From positions 4,278,001-4,342,000 of the forward strand of contig NC_092674.1 in assembly GCF_964355755.1 (NCBI RefSeq): a DNA stretch of 64,000 nucleotides, in the 5' to 3' direction. Shown here one piece after another: positions 40,033-53,209 of this stretch (the first letter of the stretch is position 1; every line of letters begins with the position of its first letter). Under the pieces are notes generated by a model that saw only the letters and a program-made list of their open reading frames with translations, was not told the DNA's origin and did not search any database. The stretch comes from Antedon mediterranea. Lineage: Eukaryota; Animalia; Echinodermata. Made by a program: the position numbers and the translations under genes.

Positions 40033-40329
40033 TATACAAAACTATACACAAAATATAAAATTTAAATTTTGCAATACAGTTTATAACCGTGTATATTATA
40101 TAAGAATTACTATGAAAATATTTTGTAACCATATTAATGTATTTTTGTATTTTACAAACTATTTCTTTATAATGATTTATCCATCTAGTAATAATTTAAA
40201 GACAAAATATTTAATATAATCTAATGATTTAAGATAATTTATATTTATGTGAATTATTGCTGTATACGGAATAAAGTTTGCATACTTTCTACCGTACATC
40301 TTTAAATTAGTCATTGTTCTTGAAGTTTA

Positions 40330-41975
40330 CCTTGATCTTGGACATCTAAAGCAATGCTTGTGTCCCTCCGGTATATTCTATTACATGTTCTATCATATGG
40401 GGAAAACTTTAGTGTCCTCTGGTTCTAGATTCAGTGGTTAGCCTGTTACATTTAGTGAAACCGTAGAACATTTTGAATACTTGAATCATTGCAGATCTCA
40501 ATCTTCTGTAGGAAGGCGCATTTTGGAAAGCCGTTGACTGTATTCATACTGACGTAAATCTGCTATCATGCACGCTGTTGAACCTTTTCCAACTTATCAG
40601 ATTCCTTCAAAAAAACATGCTGCCAAACAGTACTGCAATATTCCATGAATAAATAATCAACAGACCTATATATGATGCCCAGCTTTTGATTTGCTTTCAT
40701 AGTAACTTGAGCCACATGGGATTCGAAAGTTAATTTATCGTCAATTACGACCCCGAGATCCGTCATTTTGGAGACCCATTGTAGTAGTTTCTTCTTGTTT
40801 TCTGCATGGCCCATCTTGTATTGAAATTTAATGTTCTTCCTACCAAAATGCATGGCACTACATTTTTCTAAGTTAAACGGTAGTTGCCATTTTATCTTTT
40901 ATCTTTTATTTTATTTGATCATCTTGTAACTTTTTGGCATTAGATCTTGGTGTCATCAGCACAAATTGTTATCTCGGAATCTATTTGATCAGGAAGGTCG
41001 TTGATATACAATTTGAAGAGCAGTGGTCCTAGAACACTTCCTTGAGGTATTCCACTAGTTACTCTTTTGTTGTTTGACCTAACGCCATTTACAACAACTA
41101 CCTGTGATTTATTAGTATGAAACGCCTCTATCCACTGCACTAAGTTTCCTCCTATACCATATGCTTTCAGCTTGTTGATTAATCTTTTATGTGGAACGCT
41201 ATCAAAAGCTTTCTTGAAGTCCAAGAAAACGCAATCGAAACTCGAACCTTCATCTAACCATTTGGTCCACTGATTTATCACTTCTAGTAGTGCTGTATTA
41301 CATGACCTACCCGGCCGAAAACCATGTTGACTTTGGTGAACAAATTGTTGCTTTCCATATAATCCATTATATTATTCCTAATGAATGTTTCCATAGTTTT
41401 ACATACTAGTCGGGCTCACTGGTCTATAATTCAAAGGTGTAGACTTATTTCCTTTTTTTAATATAGGTATAACGTCTGCGAGGCCCCAAGATAGAGGGAT
41501 AGATCCTTGCTTCATCAATTTAGTGAATAGATCAGCCAATTGTAAACTTGTTTCCTTTAAGACACGAGAGTTTATTTTGTCTGGACCAGGAGACTTACAA
41601 ATATCTAACTTATTGAGGTATTCCTCGATACCTTCCTTAGAAAAATGTACTATGTTTAGTACAATATCATCTACTCGTGGAATTAATATAGGTATATCTT
41701 CAGTATTTTCAATTGTGAAAACAGATGCAAAAGAATCGTTTAGTAGATTAGCTTTATCAGTATCTTCTGTTACACTTTTGCCATTATTATCAGTTAGAGT
41801 TGGAATTCCAGATTTATTTTTTGTTTTCCCTTTAACATACTTCCAAAAGTTTTTTGGATTGATTTTGACATCTCTAGCTAGTTTTAGCTCAAACTCTGCT
41901 TTTGTTTTCTTAATTAGATATGTTGTTCTATTTCTTTGGATGGTAAACTTGGACCATGATTGTTTATTCAGGCAG
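40330..41975 (-). mobile_element. Degenerate CR1-clade LINE reverse transcriptase
   Basis: NPKNFWKYV, KSPGPD, FLDFKKAFDSVPH, SGIPQGSVLGPLLF, ADDTKI, DLGVVIDDKLTF and LEKVQQRA across frameshifted ORFs. Confidence 0.92.
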
Positions 41976-42612
41976 TAACTATATATTTATTCTGATCCTG
42001 AAGCTTAACTTGAAACTGATTCGGTTTAGGCCCTCCACGGACAGCCAGCACCTACCAGATCAGCACACCGGGAGACGATCCCATCGCTTTTCTGAATAGT
42101 GTACCAATTACACGGGACCAACGGCTTTAAGTCGCATCTTGCCCCAAGGATACAATCGGTATAGTACAGATAACCGGCCTATCTTTGGTGAAGAGAACCG
42201 GTGTTTCAAGTGTAATGTTTCTCCATAGGCGCCCTTCCCATGATTAAACAGTAGGTTGATTTTACGTATACTAATATGAGTTTATCCGTACGAGTAAAAC
42301 CGCCTGCGATATTTCTTTTCGTACATAATTTGGGGATCCCTCGTGAAACGTCACAAAATAAACATTCATTAGTCATATCCATAAGGTGATGTAAGAATTG
42401 AGCTACAATTCGCTAAACTCTTTCCGTCGAGCCGTCTGTGTAAATTTATTTATAAGTAAGTCATCGTAGAATTTAATGGAAACAAAATACAAAACAATTG
42501 TTTTAGTATAAAAATGTTTTCTATTTAAATATATACCTCTAAAAAATGTTACTTTTGTTTAACCATTCTTTTCAAACCAATACGCGAGTAAATTTGCTAT
42601 TTTTAATTAAAC

Positions 42613-45299
42613 TTATCGTCCATCCTCCAACAACATTATATACTTCTTTCCAAAGTCATCGATTGCTATACTATGGAAGGCCATGTTCGTCATAATTACT
42701 GCATACTCGAACATGGCGAAGAAGCTGTAAACTGCAAAAGAGAGAAACAAATTAGTTTTAAACAAATCGTGATTTATTTCTGATTGTTATCTTTTAATGT
42801 ATATTATCATTTCGTCTTTAGTTAAAGCTTGGTTCCCACTAGAACGTAACGCAAGGACGTAAACGCAACGCAAGCGTTTTAACCAATGAAAAGCGAAGTT
42901 ATAGACAGTTAGCAATCACAAGGGAATAAGCCATCACTTGTGATTGGTCAATTCACTTGCGTTGCGTCGCTAGTGGGAACCACGCTTATGTGTGGTTCCC
43001 ACTAGCGACGCAACGTAACGCAGCGACGTTTTGACGCAAAGTGCTGTATTACGTAATCAGCAGTGCTGCAAACATCGCAGATTTGATTTCACGCAGTACA
43101 GTGTCGTACACACTAGGATTTGCTGTAATGCTTAGGTTTCATGTATTCTGTCGATAAACTATAGACGGCAACCAAGCCAACTTACCATAGGGTTCACAGT
43201 ATGCATTATGTCGCCAGTACAAATACATTACTAAAGCAAATGATGTGACGTTTGCTAAAAATATGTAAAGTTTCTTCTTCGCACTGCAGCACTCCTGTGT
43301 AAGAAAAATGAATTGAGGCCAACTCAGACAGCGTCGTACGGGAGAAAATCAAACATGTTTAAAGTTCTCCCGATGATCTAATATGGCGATTACGATAAAA
43401 GACTACCACACTTACGTAGTACTTTGTTATTGTAGACTTATTGGTTTTGTTTATCTTTTTAACCGTATATACGTTTTCCCGGTAACTTAAACGGAAATTA
43501 AATTACAATTTTACTCAAATTATATTGTGTATTTGGAGAATTCTGCAGTTCTATCAAGATTGTAGCAAACGATCAAATATAGCTTTATAGTTAAATAATT
43601 TAATGAAATATGTTGTCGATATACGTTCGTTGTGAATTTATAACACAATACACAAAATGTCGTAGTGGGCGTTTCATAGCAATCACCGCCGGCTCAACTT
43701 GACGGCAACCCAACCGGGTATGCCCTAACTTCTCAATACGCGATGGTTTGGGAGTCGGCCCATGAGTTTGATGTATTTCAAATGTTTTATGGCATGTCAG
43801 GATTATTTCTGTCTTTGATACGAACCATTTGAGACTTTGAAATACGGGGCCAGTGGCTTAGCACACAGGAGAGAAACATGTTGAGGAAGGAACAAATACC
43901 AAATCCCGTAAAGCAGTTACGATGAATTCCTGAAATTAATTAAAACATTTTAAAATATCAATTGTCTTTCGATAACTAGATTCTGGGTAACAAAAGTCTA
44001 TACCAATCTTAAGAGATTTAGTTTATATTTGTCTTGTGTATGAAGCCTTGTCTACATTATCAAACTTTATGAAAGAAAAAAAAGTGATGTGCCATATATG
44101 GACATGATGATGTCATATCACTACCATATTTGACCATATAACCATACTGGGCACATCAGTTTTTAATCGCGTGCAAACTCTACAGATCACTATGTCGGTC
44201 GGTTGGTCGGTAAACACTAATTTGAGCACGCGACTGCAGCCATGTATATGGACTTGTTTTTTGTCAAACTAGTTTGATAGTGTAGACAGAGCTTTAGATT
44301 AAATTATTTTATTATAGTTTTAAATAATTATAAATATATAAAATCTAACAAAATTACTAATAATTACCAAAATCTTCAGTGGACGATACACATGTTAGTC
44401 CAAGTAGGCAGAAGATTTCACAAATGTGCGATACATATCCGACACGATTACACAAAACGAACCCCTTGCGTTTTGTCTCAACAACATGCTTCATATCACC
44501 ATAATAGTTATAATATACTGTAGCAAACAAAAGGCGTGGCGTTATATGCAGTGCCACGCCCATCCGCCATATATACTTTTGTGGTTTGTAGTTGCCTATC
44601 ACTGTACTGATTGAAGGCAAGAAATTTGGAACCTTTAAAAAAATATGTGTGATACGATTTTAGCAAACCAAAAAAATGAAGTATTAAGTATTTTGGTATT
44701 CTCACCGGTACAACAACATATATGGATAGATACTACTGATTTAATATTTTGTATACTAATTAAAAAGTAAGACTTAAAAATCTGTACATATTACCGTTGA
44801 TTATTCTAATACTGGATGTTATATTCTTATATTGTGTGTATGTTTTTTTAAATAATTTAAATGTACATCGATGTGTTAACTGTTAGTTATAGGCTTGCTA
44901 TTGGGCTAACCAATGCTATTGGGCCAACCAATGCAATCTACAACAGAACCTTGCCAAGATAGGAACTCGTAACAGTCCTTAGATCTTATGTCTGGCTGCG
45001 ACAAATACCAACAGTACTGTACTACTTTATATATTCTCTGCAGTGTCTATTAGTATTATTAAGGGGCGTGGAACTGATCATGTCGCAGCCACAGATAAAC
45101 CCTTTGATCTCCGGAGCTCAGCATCCTGTTGTTAGATTGACTTGGGTTAACTTACATTACAGTGAGTCCACAGGACACTGTCAAAATGATAAATAAATGA
45201 CAGGAACATACAAATAAAAATAGAGAGTAGAGGTAGGGCGACTGCAACAGACACCACCCATTTCATTTGTAGCCTCAACAAGTCTGTACTTAAAGTCAT
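42613..45299 (-). CDS. PGAP2: Post-GPI attachment to proteins factor 2 (Frag1/DRAM/Sfk1 family), ~246 aa, 5 coding exons
   Basis: Exons 45299-45156 (...THCN), 44632-44368 (VPNFLPSISTVIG...YIWR...ALHITPR...VSSTED), 43929-43826, 43294-43186 (YWRHNAYCEPY) and 42731-42613 (YSFFAMFEY...NMAFH...DF). 741 nt in frame. Confidence 0.92.
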
Positions 45300-45958
45300 C
45301 CTGCACACAGACAGCTTCATAGATCATTCATAACTAGATAAAAATAATTTGTTTCAATTCTTTTATTTTATATATAAATTATTTTAAATGTATTTATCTA
45401 GTCTACTGTCTACTGTAATAATAGTGGGCACATTTGCCTGGTATAGGTGTTTATCTTCGTGTCCCATCTTCAGGAACGAAACGACTCTGGAATTAAATGA
45501 CCTAGCGACTGTATACTATATATTCCGCGACGACAGTGACACTGAATGGCTAAACGAACCGAAGCAGGGCCTAACACAGTTAAAACTATTTTTATGCCAC
45601 TTGCAACGTGAAGTTTCATGAAAATCAATATTTAATTTACATGTAAAAGTCATTATACAACTTGCATTTATTTTCTGTAGGATTAATTCACTAGCTAGGC
45701 CGACCACTATATAACTCCTTTCTTCTCTTCGCCCGTATTGTCTCTTTTGTTTTGTTTACAAAACTCACATTATCCAATTCTCTCCTACTACTGCTTCGTC
45801 GTCGATCCTCTCGCAGTTTGCGTCCCGTTTCGCAACAACGCGTTCGGAAGATTGCGCCCTCATTTTTTAAGTTGATTTGTTTTCTTGTTGTGTTTGTGTG
45901 GAATGAGCACACTTTTCCTCTTTTCTTAAAACGAATGTTTTCGTATTAATTGTTTGAG

Positions 45959-47153
<1,195 letters not shown>

Positions 47154-47352
47154 ATACGGCAATGATTTTCTTTGTGTGCTTTTGTTTGTTTCTTGTAAAG
47201 TACTGTAGTACAGTAAACTGTTTATTAACATTAACAATGTTATATTTATATGGCTGAATTATGTGTACAAATTAACTTTGGTAAACAAATACTGTACATA
47301 CACAATGTTTATAATACCTCAATCAGTTTATTACTGTGTGTGTGATTTGTTG

Positions 47353-47443
47353 GGTTTATGTGATACTGTGTGACAGTGTCATAGGTTTATGTGATACTGT
47401 GTGACAGTGTCATAGGTTTATGTGATACTGTGTGACAGTGTCA
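47353..47443. repeat. 31-bp tandem repeat, 3 copies
   Basis: GGTTTATGTGATACTGTGTGACAGTGTCATA repeated. Confidence 0.85.
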
Positions 47444-48474
47444 TCGGTGGTAGGAGCAAAAAAAAAAGTGGGGTCATGCAACACCAGTAATCTTCATGGC
47501 TTCATTACCATTACCTGAAATGTGCAGATAGGAGAAAGAGGTATCGGAGGATCAATGGAGGAGGTCAGGCTTGGGGTGCCCACTCCCAGATTTTTGACAG
47601 CTAAAATGAAATTATGAATTTGTATTTTGGTATCCATTTTGATAGACTAGTAATAATAATGTTAGTGTTTCCCTGTTTGGTTCCTCTCTTGTTATAATGA
47701 GTCCCCTCTCTTCATGTAGGATATTTATTGACATAAGGAGCAGTCAATTTAAAAAAAAAATCAAATTTAGACCCACATTAAAATTCAGTTCTTCAGGGCT
47801 GCAATTTTGGGATAGAACTGTTTATACAGCAAAATAGGCCTGGTATTAATATATATATATATATATATATTGATATTCAAATGTTAAATCCATATAGTGT
47901 AGTGTAAAGTATTAACAGGTTACAACAGGTCATATTTAGTTAGGAATATAAAGTTGTACTTACCACAATTACTTAATATTTCCTCATTAATTTGTGCATT
48001 CCTGTCGAGAATGGTCCTTATATTGTGGTATATTTTAATGAAAAAATAATAGACAACTTACTAAAAAATAAACTGTAAAATATTTTGGACAGTTTGAAAT
48101 TAAAATTTATTTAAAAAAAATTGTTTCACTTTCTGTATAGTCATTGTTATATTAAAAAATATATATACATTATTATATTAATATAAAGATAGTAAATTAT
48201 ATATAAATGTTAGAGAACCTTCGATATAATAATTAAATTTCTAAACTGCCTAAAAACAGTACATTTTATTTAGGTGACGGTAATCCAAACAGGTAACGCT
48301 ATAGCGAAATAGTTGACGCTAAAATTATAATATCATAATATAGGCAGCAGCAACACCGCACCGCAGGTTCTCAAAAGCCGAAGTATTTTTACAATTACAA
48401 GCCTTTTTATAAACACAATTTCACGACTTTATTGTTATTTATCTAGGTACTAGGTAGTATTATTGACAGTGAAA

Positions 48475-50756
48475 ATGTCGGATAAACTTGGGGTATGTAT
48501 AAATTATCATGCATGCAGATTATATTATACAAATTGTTCGTGCTAAAATCGCGAAAGGCTAGGCCCTAGCTAGGCCTAGGCTAGCTCTGAGTCTGTGTGT
48601 GATTTACGAAGAAGGCTACCCGCGGCGTGGGAGATCAGTTTGATACCACATACCTCACAGCTTTTTCTAGACTAGGCCTAACCAGCCTAGATTGTTTAAT
48701 AATAAGTAGTATTTATCGTACCTATTCTATAGTAACTACTTAGACCCTAGATTACATATTAAAATTATGTTATATTAATTATTAAAGATACGAAGCCTAC
48801 TAGTACTAGGCCTAGGCAGGCAGGCCTATTTAATAAGCCTATATTATTATTATTATACTTTTATAAAATAGGCCTAGCTAGGGTATATGACCAAAGTATA
48901 TTATATTTTATTATTAAATTATATTTTATTTTATTGATTATATGATGATGATAGGCCTAAATTACTTTTTAATTAAAATGTATTTTCCTATTTTCATTAA
49001 CTCTACTGTATTTTACATTGAATTCCGTAGCAAGTTGAGGACCATCGTAGGAAATGGGACAGAGATGAATATGAGAAAATAGCTCAAGCACGACTTGACC
49101 AAGAATTGGAGGAAAAAGAAAAAAGAGGTACATAGCCTATTAGGCCTACTGTACATCTCAATAATAATATAGAATAATGCACTTGTCAATTGTATGACCC
49201 ACTATACGACCCCCGGGAGAGGTGCGTCATTTGTCTGATGTGCGTCATACTTTTGAATACCATGACGCACCCGTGCGTCAAAAAGGTGACTTACCTTTAG
49301 GTGACCATGACGCACCCATTTTGACTCACTGTGACCATGTTGTTTATGATATGGTGGGTGGTAAAGTGACGGACATTGACGCACCTTGTTCATTGATGTG
49401 ACGTACCATCTAGGTTTTTTGACGCACCCCTGCGTCAGTAATTATTTGTAAATGACGCACCTCTCCCGGGGGTCGTATAGTGGGTCATACAATTGACAAG
49501 TGCATTGGGCCTACTGTACATCTCAATAATAATATGGAATAATTGCTTATAACTAGTCTTTCTGTTCTGCCTTCAAATCTTAAAATAATTTTGTTTTTCT
49601 TCCAGAGAAGCGATACAATGAACCTCCAGTTAAAAGAGAATTACTCCGTCAACGAGAGTATAAAGTTGACTTGGAGTCACGCTTGGGAAAATCACAAGTT
49701 ATCACAAAGACCACGCCCTCATCACAGATGGGCGGATACTACTGCAATGTATGTGACTGTGTTGTCAAAGATTCAATCAATTTCTTGGATCATATTAATG
49801 GAAAAAAACGTAAGTCACCTTTTTTTTCTGAAAAAACAATAGAATTATAACATGCGTTAAGCCCACCATGATTGTGCACTTATCAGGGGCGAATCCAGCA
49901 CTAACATGTAATATTTATTATCTGTCAAAAATAGATATGAAATATTAGTACTGTAGGTCATAATTTTATTTTAGCTGCCAAAAAGGAGGTGGGTGTGCCT
50001 CAAATGCTAACCTCTGGTTCCCCCTGGTTATTATGATAGAATGTACAGTAGCAGTAGAAATAGGCACACTTTGCAACGATACTTTTAAATATTATTACAG
50101 ACTGGATTTATAGTAGTAATAGGAATCACTGTAGTGTATTAATTGTGTTTGGGATTATTAATTTTTTGTAATTAATTTAAAGATCAAAGAAATCTTGGCA
50201 TGTCCATGCGAGTCGAAAGATCAAGTTTAGACCAAGTAAAGAAAAGATTTGAAATGAACAAAAAGAAGCAAGAAGAAAAGAAAAAAGATTATGATTTTGA
50301 AGCTAGGATGGTAGAACTACGTGAAGAGGTAAGGACGATTTATTTTGTAAGAAATCGGCAAGATATTTCAATATTGATCATTATCGCAAAAGGCTAGGCT
50401 GATGTGTGTGATTTACAAAGGACAGTAGGCTAGGCTACCCGGGTGATCAGTTTGATACCACATACCTCGGAGCTTTTCTAGTTTAGGCCTAACCAGTCTA
50501 GATTGTTGTAGTATTTATCTGAATTAAAAATGAAAATTAATCACGTTCGTAGAATAACATTTTTAAAAAGGGGGACAATCAATATTTATTTTTATTTATT
50601 TTTTTTTTTCATTTTTAGGAAGAGAAACAAAAAGCTTACAGAAAGCTGAAAAGGAAAGATAGGAAAAGGAAGGCGGACGATGATGATGGGGATGAGATGG
50701 ATCCCGAAATGGCAGCTATGATGGGGTTTTCTGGGTTTGGATCAAGCAAACGATAG
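48475..50756 (+). CDS. ZMAT2: Zinc finger matrin-type protein 2 (Snu23 homologue), ~200 aa, 5 exons
   Basis: Exons 48475-48492, 49031-49127 ([11 protein letters not shown]), 49606-49809 ([26 protein letters not shown]), 50183-50328 ([23 protein letters not shown]) and 50619-50756 ([15 protein letters not shown]). Confidence 0.96.
49176..49506. mobile_element. MITE with 57-bp perfect TIRs in ZMAT2 intron 2
   Basis: 49176-49232 is the exact reverse complement of 49450-49506; internal TGACGCACC repeats. Confidence 0.85.
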
Positions 50757-52530
50757 AAGAATGTTACTGGACTATAAAGAGACTCAGCTTGTACTGTTCA
50801 GAATGTCTGTAATAGTACAGTAGTATGCATTTAAACTGCAATGACCAGTGTTCATCTAGCTTTGTAAAAGTTCATCATAGATACCGGTCATATAGGTCCA
50901 TTACGAAGGACGAGGCAATTTATCTATTGCTTAAGGAAGCCAACATAAACACACTGGTAGGTTATCATCTGATGTTCAGAACAATAGTTACGATTCCAAA
51001 CCGCTATCATGCGTAATGTGTTCAAATAAAGTAGTGATATGCTTAAATATGGTAGTGATATGCTGAAATATGGTAGTGATATGCTTAAATATGTTAGTGA
51101 TATGACATCATCATGTCCATATATGGGCATATCACATTTTGTTGTCACATAAAGTTTGATAGTGTAGACAGAGCTTCAATCACTGCTGTAATAAATGTAC
51201 ATCGTAGCAAGGCTGCTTGTTTACGACACCCAATGAACCAATTGGCCATTGTACTCCTAAGCTTCTACATGCCTTTTTTTAAATAGCCATTTATTTAACA
51301 TACTGCACAGATATTACTGTTTAGGTGATTTTATACTGTTTACAAATAATATATATATATACTGTATATAAAATGTGACACTGTATATTATGTAAGAAGT
51401 GGATTGTTGTTTGACGATTTCTATTGTACTGTATAGTATCAAGTTGTAACGGTAGTCGTGTCGAGGGCCAAGACAATAACGATGGCACACAATTATTCAA
51501 TGTACAAAATATAATATTTATTCAATCAAAAAGTAATATTATAAAACAATGTGAAACGTAGTGATTCTGACTGATGTTATAGTCTCAAGAATCAATACCC
51601 GAACTAACTAACTTAACTACAAAACATATATTTATATTAAGGGGACAGGAAGGATGACTAATTAAATGGTACCACATCCTGATTGACTTTCCTTGGAAGA
51701 CCCACCTCAGGAATGTAGTGTTCCAAGTTAAGTAGACATCGGGGAGAGTAAGGGGTGAATAGCCTGTGTGACTAATAGGGTTTGGTCCCACCATGTTACA
51801 TTCCCCCGCTCGTCAACTCGAAGCCGTGTCTTCGAAACCAACGAGTCACTGAGCCAAAAATGTATGGAGGAAAAAAAACTTAACTACGAACATCTTAAAT
51901 CTAAACAAAACTGAAAAGTAACGCAAATCGTCACAAATCAATAAATCGGCAAACGTGGCAAAACATACAAAAGTAAAAGTAAAATTGGTCAAAATTCCCA
52001 AATTAAAAGTAATAATAATAATATAAAGTGTACATAATACTATATAGCTCAACAAACATGTTCAGTTGAAAATGATAGTCAGCAGGTCATAAATTTAGTA
52101 ACTCCGTATTTACTCCTGATGGATACATCAATCAGCTGTTGCCTAGAAACAAGTTGACCTGCTTCCCAAAATTCAGTTCATAACTGAGAATTTGAGAACG
52201 ACATAACTGCAGTTGACTGTCCACTATATCTTGAAGAAAATCTTTAAAAAGTGTACATTTCTGGATTCAAGTTTCTCATCAATCCGAGGAATAAAGTGAA
52301 ATAGTTTATCAATAAGTAATTCTCATGTAAGTGTTAAAAGTTCTTGTGATCCATTATAATTAACTTCATTCAGGGAACATAGTTGTGAAAAGCTTCTTGT
52401 ACCCAATGGGCAGGAGGGGAGAACCAATAAAACACAATTCAACATACACATCATCATGACAGTGGCAGTAAACTTAATACTACATTTAACTAAATCCAAT
52501 CTGATAAGTAAATAAGCGTATTATATTTAA

Positions 52531-53154
52531 AGACCCCTTCCCTGCAATTTTGGACGTTTTTTGGAAAATAATACATATATATCACTTTAAAAACATTAAA
52601 CCATGTCATTCCTTGTCTTAAATGTACGTTTTATGGTAAATTATGATAAAAAGTGAGAAACAATGCACTACCTAAGTAAGTAGCTCGCGGTGATCGACCT
52701 CTCGTGGACGGTCTCAGGCCTAGCCTAGCTAGGCTTAGTTTTGTAGGCCTAGCTGGTAAACATCGGTAACGTACGAACATCGTACGCTAGCTATATACCT
52801 AGTCTGACGTTGTATAGTTGCTGCATTAATTGTCTTTCTATTTTTGCTCCGTTGATACAAATTGGGGAAAACCCAGTATTTTCGCTGAAAAGTTAGGAGT
52901 CTTCCATTTGTTTTGGCTTCACGATCGATCGAAAAGTGGGCGAATTACAGGTGAAAAACAACAATATCAATCCGCGCGCAATGCATTTTGGGATTTATAG
53001 CGGGCCGCTATAATTATTAAAATCGATTTATTTTTCACATTTTTAACCGTTTAAAGACGAAAAAAGTTATCGCAATAGGACCATATAGTATTATTTTTAC
53101 ATTAAATATAGTTTGTGATCTTAAATTAGATCTAAAAAACGTAGGGAATGGGCT
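52531..53154. mobile_element. Kolobok-like non-autonomous element nested in the LTR element
   Basis: Termini TTAA-AGACCCCTTCCCT...AGGGAATGGGCT-TTAA. Confidence 0.65.
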
Positions 53155-53209
53155 TTAAGATTATCCCATGGAGTAATTATCCATACAAGATGAAATTGAT
53201 TTTACAAAA

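Noticed and set aside
41523-41978. 151-aa plus-strand ORF
   Set aside because: Antisense shadow of the CR1 LINE ORF2.
51585-51794. Duplicated 69-aa ORF (also within 58033-58341)
   Set aside because: It lies within the two LTRs, so the duplication is explained by the LTR structure.
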